Assembly (NCBI GenBank): GCA_051530055.1
Contig: CM121341.1
Location: forward strand, 17,586,784-17,650,783
Length of the DNA stretch: 64,000 nt
Origin: Neoechinorhynchus agilis
Taxonomy: Eukaryota > Animalia > Acanthocephala
Reading direction: 5' to 3'
Part shown: piece by piece, positions 12,201 to 25,272 of the stretch
How positions within the stretch are numbered: the first letter of the stretch is position 1
How the letters are laid out: every line of letters starts with the position of its first letter
Made by a program: the position numbers and the translations under genes
Notes under the pieces: model-generated
Databases searched by the model: none
What the model saw: only the letters and a program-made list of their open reading frames with translations
Told to the model about the DNA's origin: nothing

Positions 12201-13210
12201 GTTCCTAAGTTGACTGAACTGGAGAACAAAGATTCACAGTCAAGATCCTATTGAATGGAGGCCAGGGGAGAAACATTTTGTAATCCAACTAATGAATCAA
12301 TTTCTTCGTATAGTGAGCCCGGTTTGAGAAGACTGTATTAGGCGTTTTCGATTGTCGTGACACATTTATCGTATGCTGCTTCATCAATCCTTCGATTGGC
12401 CCAGCACAGTCTCGATTGACCTATAGCGGCTACGTTCGCTTCGAAGCCGACTAACTTAGCCGTGATTATCTTTATCATAAAAACCATGCCGACTTTGCCT
12501 CTTTTTAAATCCGAAGGACTTATGATTATTATTTAGCTATTCAATCGATAAATAATTTTTCATTAAAGACGCTCCAAACCTCGCCAGGTTCATCAGTTCT
12601 AAAATACAAGCGATGAAAATCATTAGACGACACCGAATCGTGCAATAGAGACCCCGCTAGTCGCTGGATCCGTGATATTCAACACCTTTTCCGAGATGAT
12701 CTCTCTTTTGCGTCCTTCCGATCGGTTTTCTGTTGCGAGTTTGGACATGATCAAATCGGTAATGACATCATATTTACTGTCAGCCAATAAAAAATCAATA
12801 ACGCTTGGCAATAGGCGTATCATCGCACCTTTGACCATATTGAGCAAACATATCACACACTAGGTTAACACCGACCATACGACACTTCACCAAAGGGATG
12901 TCCAGTTGAGTTAGACAGACCATGAGAGGTGTAACCACTCTCCGTGGTAGACAATGGAAACGATTGTGATGGAATAGCAAACCTCCCGCAAACCAAAGGA
13001 CCACTGACGTTCATCTTATCCACCATACTCCATACGTTACTACACGAACTTTCCGAAATATAGCAAGAATAGTATCTGGAGGGCTGAATGATAAAGGCTT
13101 TCTCGGCAATCACGAAATCGAAGCGGAACGTCAGTACCGCTTGTTGAGCACTTGTGGGGCTTTGTCAAGCTGATACTCAGAACTCTCCCTCGCATTGTAT
13201 GCGGAAACGC
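9280..13210 (-). pseudogene. Putative endogenous viral element: decayed C-terminal half of a negative-strand RNA virus L protein (capping/MTase region)
   Basis: Less AT-rich than the flanks. One long reading frame can be followed through many stops and frameshifts, with no intron-like gaps. MTase-like motifs appear in the expected order: SSGVRYKW (~10.35 kb), IILGDKSAG (~10.28 kb), GIDYLDAY (~9.92 kb), WSFIKL (~9.85 kb). The resemblance was judged by eye only. Confidence 0.5.
12548..12606 (-). repeat. Short insertion of the GAAACGTC-family repeat inside the putative viral element
   Basis: taatttttcattaaagacgctccaaacctcgccaggttcatcagttctaaaat matches 46945-47005 and 53285-53335. It coincides with a break in the long frame. 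Confidence 0.55.
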
Positions 13211-15100
13211 TCATCTCGTAGGCCACGTTGCTTAGAGTACAAATATTGTCGGCCATTGACGACCACAAATTTCCTTGTTGCGTACATATCAATGAACGAT
13301 GTCGGAGAACTCGCCCAAGTGTAGGATCGATTGTGGACAATACGGGCATCCATTCTCTATAGTCACAAGAGCTTTCGAGCATCACTAGTGACCTTTTCAC
13401 TGATATATGAAATCTTGAGAACCGGTTTTCCTTCATATCGATTCCGTGATGGATCATCTTTCCGTTTCTTCTCTTTTGAATCACACCGCTGCTGAAACGC
13501 ATGATCCCGTTACGTTTATATCCATTATCAGCGAAAATCGTGTTCACTCTGCCTATTGCCAACTGTTTCTCCGTCAATGACGATGAGCAATGCATTGCTG
13601 TCCTGTGCAGTGCATCTCAGCATAAATTGCCTGTTTCATCACCTAAAAAGATTATGGGAATCTCGCTCGATGCATGACTATCCTGTTACGGTTTGCGACA
13701 CCAACTGAAATCGGTGATGTCATTAACTTTGAAACACAAATTGAGGAATGGCCGATAATCCGATGGTTTGTCCTCTCTTTGTCGTCGGCCTCACAATCCT
13801 CGCTGTAAGTGAACAGCACATCATCCACATAATGGAGATAAATTAACTGCATTTCCAAATCATCGAGGAAAATCAATGCCAAGACGGTAGCAAGACTGTT
13901 TCCCACCTACAGTCCACGGATTTGTCTGTAACGTCGGTCGTTATATCAAAAGTGATTTGAATCACGTCCGTCGGTAGCATTCTAAATAGGTTTAAGTTCT
14001 CTTTGTTCTCATTCAACCGCTTCTCGAGTGCTCATATCACTCCCTCATTGTCGACGTTCGTATACAGGGTCTAACACATCCTTAGTACCCCCCTCCACAA
14101 GGAAAACTATAACAGATATTCTGATGCGGTTTTCAGGGTTTGAAAGCTTATTTCAATACGCTTCTAACGATATATAACTTTGCCCACAGATGGCTGCATT
14201 CGACAGCGAGGAAGCGCGGTCCGTTGACCGTATCCGTGCCATCACGTTCCGGGAGGCCCGCGATGCCGGCGCCAAGTTCACCACTCGCCCCTGGGTGGCC
14301 AAGCGCATCAATCGCAGTGAACAGTTCGTGAAGTGCAACTGGAATGGCGATGTGTACAACTGTGGAATGATCCAGAACCCTGTACTCGGCCGCCGCACCC
14401 TGTCTGACCAGTCGAAGGCGATCATCAAGCGGGAGGTGGGAAAGCAGCGTCGCAGCGTCCGCGGAGTGACAAAGCTGCTCGAGAGAGAGCGCGGCAAGGT
14501 GCGATCTCACATGACGATTCACCGGGAACTCCGTCGGATGGGGCTGAAGCCCTTTCATGTAATCCGCAAACCTCTGCTCTCTGAGGATGCCCAGGAGAAC
14601 AGACGTTGATTCGCCAACTTCCTTGAAATAAGCTTTCCAATGGTGATAAACACATCTTTCTATCTTCACTGTTTTTTTTTCTGTGGAGGGGGTAGTAAGG
14701 GTGTGTTCCACCCAGAAGCGTATTGAAATAAGCTTTCAAACCCTGAAAACCGCATCAGAATATCTGTTATAGTTTTCCACCCTGTAGAGCGAGACAAAAT
14801 CCAGAGACATAATTTGGCTACCATTTAAGTTATTGCATCTCGCATTCAGAAAATTAAGAAACCCTTTACATTCTGCAGATGTGAATTCGTTATCTGAAGC
14901 AGTGGGTTAATCGCCATCTCCAGGAAGTGAGATAATCGGCACGCAAGTCCATTTACTGTCGAAATTCGCAATATTCCTTCGATTCCGTGATATATGTAGT
15001 CCGATCTTACAGTAATTCCGCCATCGTCGATTGAAATATGGTCACAGACTCAATCACTCAATGAAATAAGAATCGATTTGCACTTACTCTCCTCGTCACC
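13211..15100 (-). mobile_element. Penelope-like retroelement (RT plus start of GIY-YIG), degraded and split by a Tc1-like insertion
   Basis: - strand motifs: RISTVNGLACRLSHFLEMAINPLL, MSLDFVSL|YTNVD, YRQIRGL*VGNSLATVLA..FLDDLE, YVDD. Nucleotide identity with the copy at 32.7-33.1 kb. May extend to ~15.6 kb. Confidence 0.85.
14065..14784 (+). mobile_element. Tc1/mariner-type DNA transposon, internally deleted (N-terminal DNA-binding part only, no DDE domain)
   Basis: Termini CAGGGT...ACCCTG with TA duplication (14063-64, 14785-86). 65-bp inverted repeats at 14101-14165 and 14714-14778. GC-rich ORF 14190-14609. Removing the element restores the Penelope codons V-S-L-Y-T-N-V-D. Confidence 0.9.
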
Positions 15101-15973
15101 CGTGGAAAGAGCATCTTGTTCATCTCAACTTTGATTCAATTTAGCTTTCTTATCCTTTTAACGATTCGTAAGAACGTCCATAATTGCGACCACTCGCCTC
15201 TCGAAATTGAACCGCGTCCTTAGCCTCCTATAATCGTTCCGTTCTCTTGCTCGCATTGCTACTCTGTACCTTTTCTGCTTCCTCAGTGGATGTCATGAAA
15301 AATGAGGTTGGGATTTGGAGGGTCTTTCGCCGTTACGATTTCCGGACACGTCTGTTAGGAGCTCTTGACATTAGTAGGCTAAAGGAGACCTAGAATAAAA
15401 GTCATCAGCGGTGATTCAGAATCAGCGGAAGAAACGGGGAAGCTGCAAAACGGTGACTGGAACTCTGGTGATCGCCTCGAACACCATTACTCACTATCGT
15501 TTCAACTTCTAGTTTTTCCACGGACCATGTCAATTGGATAACGGGATCAGATTTCAACAGCACTTGTGTTAATGTCCTTCTTATCCAGACCGAAATCTTG
15601 GTGAATCCTCGAATCCGTTATGGCTAACGACGATTATTTCATTAGTCTTGAGTCTTCGTTGCCATTGAATAATAAGAGTTGTTCTGCGTTACCATAGCAA
15701 CGAAATTAGCGATTAATCATAGTTTTTAGTTAGAACAATGCCTTTGGTCCACCAGTTATTGTGTAGCAGGCTCAAACATGGATTAATCGACATGTTCAGA
15801 AAGGAGGTAGGCTCCCCGTAGGAATGAATTAGTTTCGATGCTTTGTCTTCGACGGCGTCATCTCCCATCCTGTCTATTTTTAGCTCTTTCTCATATGAGC
15901 ATATTTCTCATTGTCACGCGTAACGCTTCGTACAAATCCTCTCACTCCCCCTCATTTTGCTCTCTCTTCCAAG

Positions 15974-18037
<2,064 letters not shown>

Positions 18038-18442
18038 TAGAGATCAATCGATTTTTATAGATTTTTTAGCATGAAAAATAACTTTCCATGAAGCTTTGAG
18101 TTATACTGTCAATCTTAAACCTGAAACATTTAAAAAACGAGTTTTTTCCGTGGAAATTCAGCGGTTTACATACATTTTTTGGAGAAAATATACTAAATCA
18201 ATGCGATAATTAGTGTTAATTTTTAGGCAGCACAGATTTAAGGAGCATTGTTTTCTATCACAACGTCTTTGTCCCACAAATTACATTAGAAGAAATCAGA
18301 TTCCTTAAAGCCACAATCTTGAGTACTTAATTCGAACGGAAAAGCGGCAAAACTTCTGAATTGGATTTCTCGTCTGTTTTTCTTCTGACTATTAATTTTT
18401 CGAGAAAATGTCGTTGAGGATTGCATTCGTGTGATTAAATAT

Positions 18443-19605
18443 GTTATTATTGTGGTCACTTGTCGATACCCGAGAGAGATCAATAAAGTCGAATGTATAT
18501 ATTTCGACTGATTGAATCAGTCATAGGTCCCAATTACACGATTAAAAAAACTTTTTTTTTCAGAAGAACTTTTTTTTTAAAAAGAGCATACATAATTTAT
18601 AGTTTCTTCGACGCTCCTATTCATCGGCGCTGGCCAAAATGCTAGCCGCATTGCCCCGCTGCACCGCAATGCTTATTTTTTGGGCTAGGAACGAAGTCGA
18701 TCTTGGCTCTCAAGTCGCCGCGTTGATTCGTTTCCCCAATTCCTTCACGAGGGCCAGTGCCGACCCTCCCAAGGCCCCATACGTTTCCACACCGAAGGGG
18801 ACAAAATGGTAATTTCGGATTAGCTCCCTGTATTTTGAGCATTTCCGATCCTCTGCAGCCGTCGCCGCTCCTCCTGGACCCTTTTTCGAGTGGCTGATGT
18901 TGGAGCTTGCCAACGTGTCCACACACGTTGCATCCCACAACAAACATTTTCCCTCCGCCAAGGAAATACGGTCACGCCATCAGGGCGTCTTCCATCTAAT
19001 CTACAAAGATTAGTGGGTTCTAGAATGTTTGAAAGGGAAAGCGTTTTTAGGGTCCTACTCAGAATGGCATTGATTTCAGCATGTCTTGGAAATCGTCCCG
19101 ATGACGTCTTGCATATGAGACCGTGTCTCCCCAAAGAGTTCACCATAGTGCCGCAGCGGCAGCGATGCGGTATGCAAATCGGTAGGCCTAATCTCAAGGA
19201 TACTGCGATCCTGACGACTGAGTCAGCAAGGAGAGTTCCAAGTTTCCCTACAGGGAGAGCATTCAACCACGCTCCCGACTCCTTCGTGGAACAGGCTACC
19301 AGCCGGACCTTATGAGTATTCGTTTAATGCAAAGAATAGAGAAAATTCCATGGACTTATTAAAGATTCAATATATATTGAAGGAACAAAGCAAGAGTTTC
19401 CCTTCAATTTCTTTTAGTTGGTCTAAATGCACTTATGAGCGCAGTCTACGGGGGTAGACGATCTCGGGTCCCCGAGTCAAACAAACACTCGGTTGACCTG
19501 CTAATTTTTAGATAGAACTGATATAATGATTCTGATTCAACCGGCCGAAATATACATACGATTTTAACGATTCCTCTTGGGTGTTGACAAGCGACCTAAA
19601 TAATA
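18443..19605. mobile_element. Foldback-family copy interrupted by a CRE-like retrotransposon
   Basis: The left-arm-like sequence at 18443-18540 and the right-arm-like sequence at 19440-19605 match the 1211-1704 TIRs. Confidence 0.65.
18545..19320 (-). mobile_element. 5'-truncated CRE-like non-LTR retrotransposon (CCHC knuckle plus PD-(D/E)xK endonuclease) with A-rich tail
   Basis: Peptide IPHRCRCG...HGLIC...RHAEINAILSR...RLDGRRPDGVTVFPW..GKCLLWDATCVDT...FVPFGVETYG. A-rich tail on the - strand at 18545-18580. Confidence 0.85.
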
Positions 19606-19783
19606 GCACAATGGAATGTATTGAAAATTATTATAGCTGCCGAAATCCAAAAAGACATCAAAAATTTCGATTTTCGTTTTATAGACTAATTTTTTTGTAA
19701 CAAGTCACAATTACGATTTTATTTTTTATAATCGATTTATCCAATTTTTCACTCATATAATGCACATCGTTTATACTCTTGGT

Positions 19784-20479
19784 CTAATAGATGAGTTTGG
19801 CACTTTTTGCAAGGAAAAAGAACGTCAATGCATTGTACAGTTGCATAAGCATGAGCACTATACTCGCAGCCAGAAAAGCCCTTGAATGATTGGTGATTAC
19901 AAAGAGCGATCCTCCACACTTTTTGTTTCCTGTCTCTCCAAAGCAAGCAATTTTATCCAAGATTAGTGGAAATCGAACAAATAGTTTAATGAACCCGAGA
20001 AGAGGTCGAAAAAATTTAACAACGTGTTGAACTATCCCTTGAAGGACTTTATAGAGGGCGAAACAGCTGCACATAACCGCTCCTTCAATGATTATTTCAA
20101 CCACACTCACTACTATGCAGACGTACGCGAGTTTCCGGAATCGCAGTTTGGCTACTAGATACTCAGAGCAAGCGGTAAATCCGGTCATCAATGCAATAAA
20201 GATTAAAAACATATACAACTGTAGGCCAAATAATCCAACGACAAGTTCAAGTATATCGACAACATCGAGATTGTGTGTATGGGAAGACAAAAGCAGTCTA
20301 CTGGGTTCAAATATACTCATTAAACCAACCACAAATATTGCCAAAGCGTACAGGAGCAACAATACGTTATTGAGACGTGTTGTTTTGTTCACTATTGCGT
20401 TCAATACTCGACTTACGTATTTGAGAACTCCGCGAATTATTTCTTCGGTTTTACGTGCAACGTATCGAATCAGGTCCAT
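19784..20479 (-). CDS. Four-TM, tetraspanin-like membrane protein (divergent)
   Basis: Uninterrupted ORF (ATG at 20479) with three N-terminal hydrophobic helices, a Cys-containing loop (CFGETGNKKCGG) and a C-terminal helix. Confidence 0.55.
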   Translation of the reverse strand: MDLIRYVARKTEEIIRGVLKYVSRVLNAIVNKTTRLNNVLLLLYALAIFVVGLMSIFEPSRLLLSSHTHNLDVVDILELVVGLFGLQLYMFLIFIALMTGFTACSEYLVAKLRFRKLAYVCIVVSVVEIIIEGAVMCSCFALYKVLQGIVQHVVKFFRPLLGFIKLFVRFPLILDKIACFGETGNKKCGGSLFVITNHSRAFLAASIVLMLMQLYNALTFFFLAKSAKLIY

Positions 20480-21167
20480 TGTGTTGTGTCCGATCACCTT
20501 TGTGATCCGGATCGAGAATTTTACGATTTCGTAGAAACACATTCGTCGCTCTTTAGAAAAAATCGTAGGACACTCGAGGAGTTTTCTATTATAATGTTTT
20601 TATGTTTGAAACGTACGTCGTTACAAACGAAGAGCGGTCAAATTTAACGCAATCTCTTTTAGAATTGAAAGGTGGTCTAGTAATTCTCATTCGCCGCAAG
20701 GTTTTTAATCTCCACTCCATTTGCTTTATTAGTTTTATTCATCCATCTTCTCTGCTATAATTCAGCCCTTTAAAGTTTGTCGCAGTCAAATAATAGAGTC
20801 CATTTCAATTTAAACATCATGCTCTTCCAACCTTTAATTTCGTCATTGCACCAAATGTGAATCTCATGCTGAAATTAAAACTACTATCGCAATCTTACAA
20901 AATTCTCTAGTTTCGATCGTATTCGTTTGTTATAAGCCATTTCTCTAATTTATAAAGGCTTCAATGGGAACGTAGGAACTTCTTTATCTTCCGTAAACTC
21001 AAAAATGCATCCTGTATTCATTTTCTGATTCTCAGATAAAAAACTTGGCTGCACGGCGATCCTTTATTGTTGTTGCGACTAACCATTCTCCGACCTTGGT
21101 CCGACAACACCAATTGTATTGAAAAATGAAACTGCTCATGATCGTTGCGTAGTGGCGACAAAAATTA

Positions 21168-21294
21168 TGTAAATTTACTGAATCGATATTTTGGCTCAAT
21201 CCAGAGCCAGGGAAGCTTACTTGCATTTTCCTCGGCTAAAAAATCTTGATAAAAACTCTGGATTGAGCCGATATATCGATTCAATAAATTTACA
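21168..21294. repeat. Short inverted repeat (39-bp arms, ~49-bp spacer)
   Basis: tgtaaatttactgaatcgatattttggctcaatccagag versus ctctggattgagccgatatatcgattcaataaatttaca. Confidence 0.7.
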
Positions 21295-21510
21295 CAACGA
21301 CAAAAATTATCTCAATAACGAGATGATTATAACACGTAAAGCGACAAATCGAGCCATTAGTATTCCTTTCAATCGCCCGCCCTTTTCGCCATTTAAGTTT
21401 CCCTTCGAAATCGTATTCGGGCAGGTGAAGTCATAAGAAGACAGTTTCCCATCGAACTGTTGATGTTCCGTCCTTTATCGTCGTCTCTGCTTAAATCGAC
21501 CGGTTCGAGG

Positions 21511-22135
21511 AGAAATAAAGAACCTTGAATGTGCATATTGAATCAAAAGTAGAAATAAAGAACCTTGAACGTGCTTATTTTCTTTCAAAATATTTTCTTT
21601 TTATTTTGAAAGTTCAAACAATCTGTTTGAAGCACACTCACCACCTCCCGCCGAATTCCAGCTTTTGTCCTTCCTCGACCGTCGCCATCACGCTGGCAGC
21701 ATTGCCCCGTTGTACTGCCAGCGAGATATTTTGTCGAAGGAATACGCCTGCTCTTGAGTCTCCGGTTGCCTCTCTCAATTTCTTCGAGAGATCCTGGAGC
21801 AGAGAGAGTGCCGAGCTGCCGAGCGCTCCATGCGTCTCTACCCCAAAGGAGACAAAATAGTGAGCCCTCGATAACTGAATATATTTCCGTACTTTCCTCC
21901 CTTCCGCTGCACTGGCGGCACCACCGGCGATTTCGAGGGAGTAGGGGATGTTGCTGGCTGCGAGGGTATCCACACACGTGGCGTCCCACAGAAGGCATTT
22001 GCCCTCCCGCTACGGGAAGACCGAAATTCCATCGGGCCTACGGCCGTCTAGTCTACAGAGGTGGGCGGGTTCCAGGATGTTCGGGAAGTTCGCCGTTCTA
22101 GACGCCCGAGAAATTGTTCCATCTCGCAACCAAGT
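21511..22135 (-). mobile_element. 5'-truncated CRE-like non-LTR retrotransposon with a duplicated 24-bp 3' motif
   Basis: Peptide NILEPAHLCRLDGRRPDGISVFP...WDATCVDTLAAS...FVSFGVETHG. The 24-mer agaaataaagaaccttgaa(t/c)gtgc occurs at 21511 and 21551. Confidence 0.85.
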
Positions 22136-22555
22136 AAAATAAATGGATTCCAGCGACTCGTTTTTTTTAATAAAAATATGAGTACGCGCTTTATCCCCGA
22201 AAGTACGTAATATCAAAAAAGATTGGTCGTAATTGTAAGCCACTAATATATTTGTTTTCGTAGGATGGATATGCTAAGGAAGTTTGTGATGGACGCTGAA
22301 TCGTTCAATAGGTACAAAGAAGAAGAAGCGATGTGGGAGGCAAGATTGGAGGATTTGCAACCAAGGCCTGAAAGGAAAAGTTCGAACGATCGCGTAATAA
22401 AAAGACGAAGTCGAAAGCAAACGGCTGATACACAAAAAGACTTAGGTCGATAGAATTCGACGTATGCTGAGAACTATTAGCGGGTTTGATCTTGTAAACT
22501 GAGGGAAAGTTTCGATTTACTTCATAAAACTGAGCTATACATTTGCGCGTACGGC

Positions 22556-24770
22556 TATTCTATTGTTTACATATACGGTTTCGCGACATAGCAGTATTAT
22601 GTTCATATGCATTAATATGTTCATTTCTTGATTCATACATTTTCTAGTTTTCGTCCGAATTCGTCCGAGCGTTTGTCTGTGTTCATCTGCGTATTCGTTT
22701 TCTACATTCGCGCGATGTTTTGTGTTGGTGGGTAATTGGAGTTTAATTTTAAAACGTATTTATATTCTATTTTTATGGACGGTTTCGCAGGCTTGCAGTA
22801 TTATGTTCGAATGCACTCGCTTATTCTCCTGTTCCTTCTTGCATTTTGGTGTTAACATCGGTATACATTACCGCGTGTTTTTGTTTGTTTTCATCCGTTC
22901 GTTTTTAAACGTTTGTCGCAATCGCGCACTATCATGAATTCGTGGGCGCTTTTGGTCTCATTTCATACGACGATATATTCTATTGTTTACATATACGGTT
23001 TCGCGACGTAGCAGTATTATGTTCGTATGCATTAATATGTTCATTTCTTGATTCATACATTTTCTAGTTTTCGTCCGAATTCGTCCGAGCGTTTGTCTGT
23101 GTTCAGCTGCGTATTCGTTTGCTACATTCGCGCGATGTTTTGTGTTGGTGGGTAATTGGAGTTTAATTTTAAAACGTATTTATATTCTATTTTTATGGAC
23201 GGTTTCGCAGGCTTGCAGTATTATGTTCGAATGCACTCGCTTATTCTCCTGTTCCTTCTTGCATTTTGGTGTTAACATCGGTATACATTACCGCGTGTTT
23301 TTGTTTGTTTTCATCCGTTCGTTTTTAAACGTTTGTCGCAATCGCGCACTATCATGAATTCGTGGGCGCTTTTGGTCTCATTTCATACGACGATATATTC
23401 TATTGTTTACATATACGGTTTCGCGACGTAGCAGTATTATGTTCGTATGCATTAATATGTTCATTTCTTGATTCATACATTTTCTAGTTTTCGTCCGAAT
23501 TCGTCCGAGCGTTTGTCTGTGTTCAGCTGCGTATTCGTTTGCTACATTCGCGCGATGTTTTGTGTTGGTGGGTAATTGGAGTTTAATTTTAAAACGTATT
23601 TATATTCTATTTTTATGGACGGTTTCGCAGCTGGCTTGCAGTATTATGTTCAAATGCATTCACTTCTGTTGCTTCTTGCATTTTGGTGTTAACATCGGTA
23701 TACATTACCGCGTGTTTTTGTTTGTTTTCATCCGTTCGTTTTTAAACGTTTGTCGCAATCGCGCACTATCATGAATTCGTGGGCGCTTTTGGTCTCATTT
23801 CATACGACGATATATTCTATTGTTTACATATACGGTTTCGCGACGTAGCAGTATTATGTTCGTATGCATTAATATGTTCATTTCTTGATTCATACATTTT
23901 CTAGTTTTCGTCCGAATTCGTCCGAGCGTTTGTCTGTGTTCAGCTGCGTATTCGTTTGCTACATTCGCGCGATGTTTTGTGTTGGTTGGCCATTGCAGTT
24001 TAATTTTAAAACGTATTTATATTCTATTTTTATGGACGGTTTCGCAGCTGGCTTGCAGCATTATGTTCAAATGCATTCACTTATTATCCTGTTGCTTCTT
24101 GCATTTTGGTGTTAACATCGGTATACATTACCGCGTGTTTTTGTTTGTTTTCATCCGTTCGTTTTTAAACGTTTGTCGCAATCGCGCACTATCATGAATT
24201 CGTGGGCGCTTTTGGTCTCATTTCATACGACGATATATTCTATTGTTTACATATACGGTTTCGCGACGTAGCAGTATTATGTTCGTATGCATTAATATGT
24301 TCATTTCTTGATTCATACATTTTCTAGTTTTCGTCCGAATTCGTCCGCGTGTTTGTCTGCGTTCATCTGCGTATTCGTTTTCTACATTCGCGCGATGTTT
24401 TATGTTGGTGGGTAATTGGAGTTTAATTTTAAAACGTATTTATATTCTATTTTTATTTACGGTTTCGCAGCTTGCAGTATTATGTTCGAATACATTCACT
24501 TATTCTCCAGTTGCTTCATGCATTTTGGTGTTAACATCAGTATACAATACCGCGTGTTTTTGTTTGTGTTCATCCGTGCGTTTTTCTATCGTTTATCGCA
24601 ATCGCGCACTATCATGAATTAGGAGGCGCTTTCGGTCTCATTTCATACGACGATATATTCTATTGTTAACGTATACGGTTTCGCCACGTAGCAGTATTAG
24701 GTTCGTATGCATTAATATGTTCATCTCTTGATTCATACATTTTCTAGTTTTCGTCGGCATTCGTCCGCTT
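22556..24770. repeat. Tandem satellite, ~5.3 copies of a ~420-bp unit made of two diverged ~210-bp subunits
   Basis: Unit starts (tattgtttacatatacgg) at 22561, 22981, 23401, 23818, 24241 and 24661. An internal paralogous block lies ~207 bp into each unit. Confidence 0.95.
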
Positions 24771-25272
24771 GATTATGTAGTCGTTTTCACATTCAATATT
24801 GTGCAAGCAGTCCCTCTTCAAATCTCTGCACGAATCTTAAAGAAGTACCGAAATAATTCTCCTGCAAATTCAAGTGTTCATGAAGACCTAAAAATACGTG
24901 GTTCCTTTTCTTTGTTATTTAACAAATAAACGTTTTATTATTAATAGATTGTAGTTTTGTAGAATACATTCATAGTATTTTCGTTTTAGAAATTTTATGT
25001 ACGGTTTAATAACTTTGCTTTTATGTTGTTTTTATATCTCACATAAATTCGTAATGAATATATTGTTATCGAATTATCTGTAATGTTCTGTTTAAGTCTT
25101 CCTCTATGCACAACTATTGAGATATTATTTCCATCGTTTTCGTTGGAATGTTTACGAATCCACCCTATTTTTTGATGGAATATTTATCCTTTCGACTTGT
25201 ATGACAAGTAGATTTCTTATACATTCGCATTGTCAGTCCTTATATTATTTATTTCGGAACAACCAACTGAAA

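Noticed and set aside
12860-12960. FPLS and SYGRC peptides resembling rhabdovirus L connector motifs
   Set aside because: They occur in the opposite order to the rhabdovirus protein as I recall it, so I did not use them as evidence.
14140-14739. Several overlapping ORFs on both strands of the Tc1-like element
   Set aside because: These are shadow ORFs of GC-rich DNA; only 14190-14609 (+) looks transposase-like.
22265-22453. 62-aa charged ORF preceded by an acceptor-like site
   Set aside because: No family motif or partner exons could be identified.
22722-24617. Five repeated ~71-aa ORFs (MLVGNWSL...) and a possible exon-intron reading of the satellite on the - strand
   Set aside because: The + ORFs start at TTG (only the last at ATG) and reflect T-rich composition. 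Candidate - strand exons have stops in all frames. The units are far too long, and lack unique spacers, for a CRISPR array.
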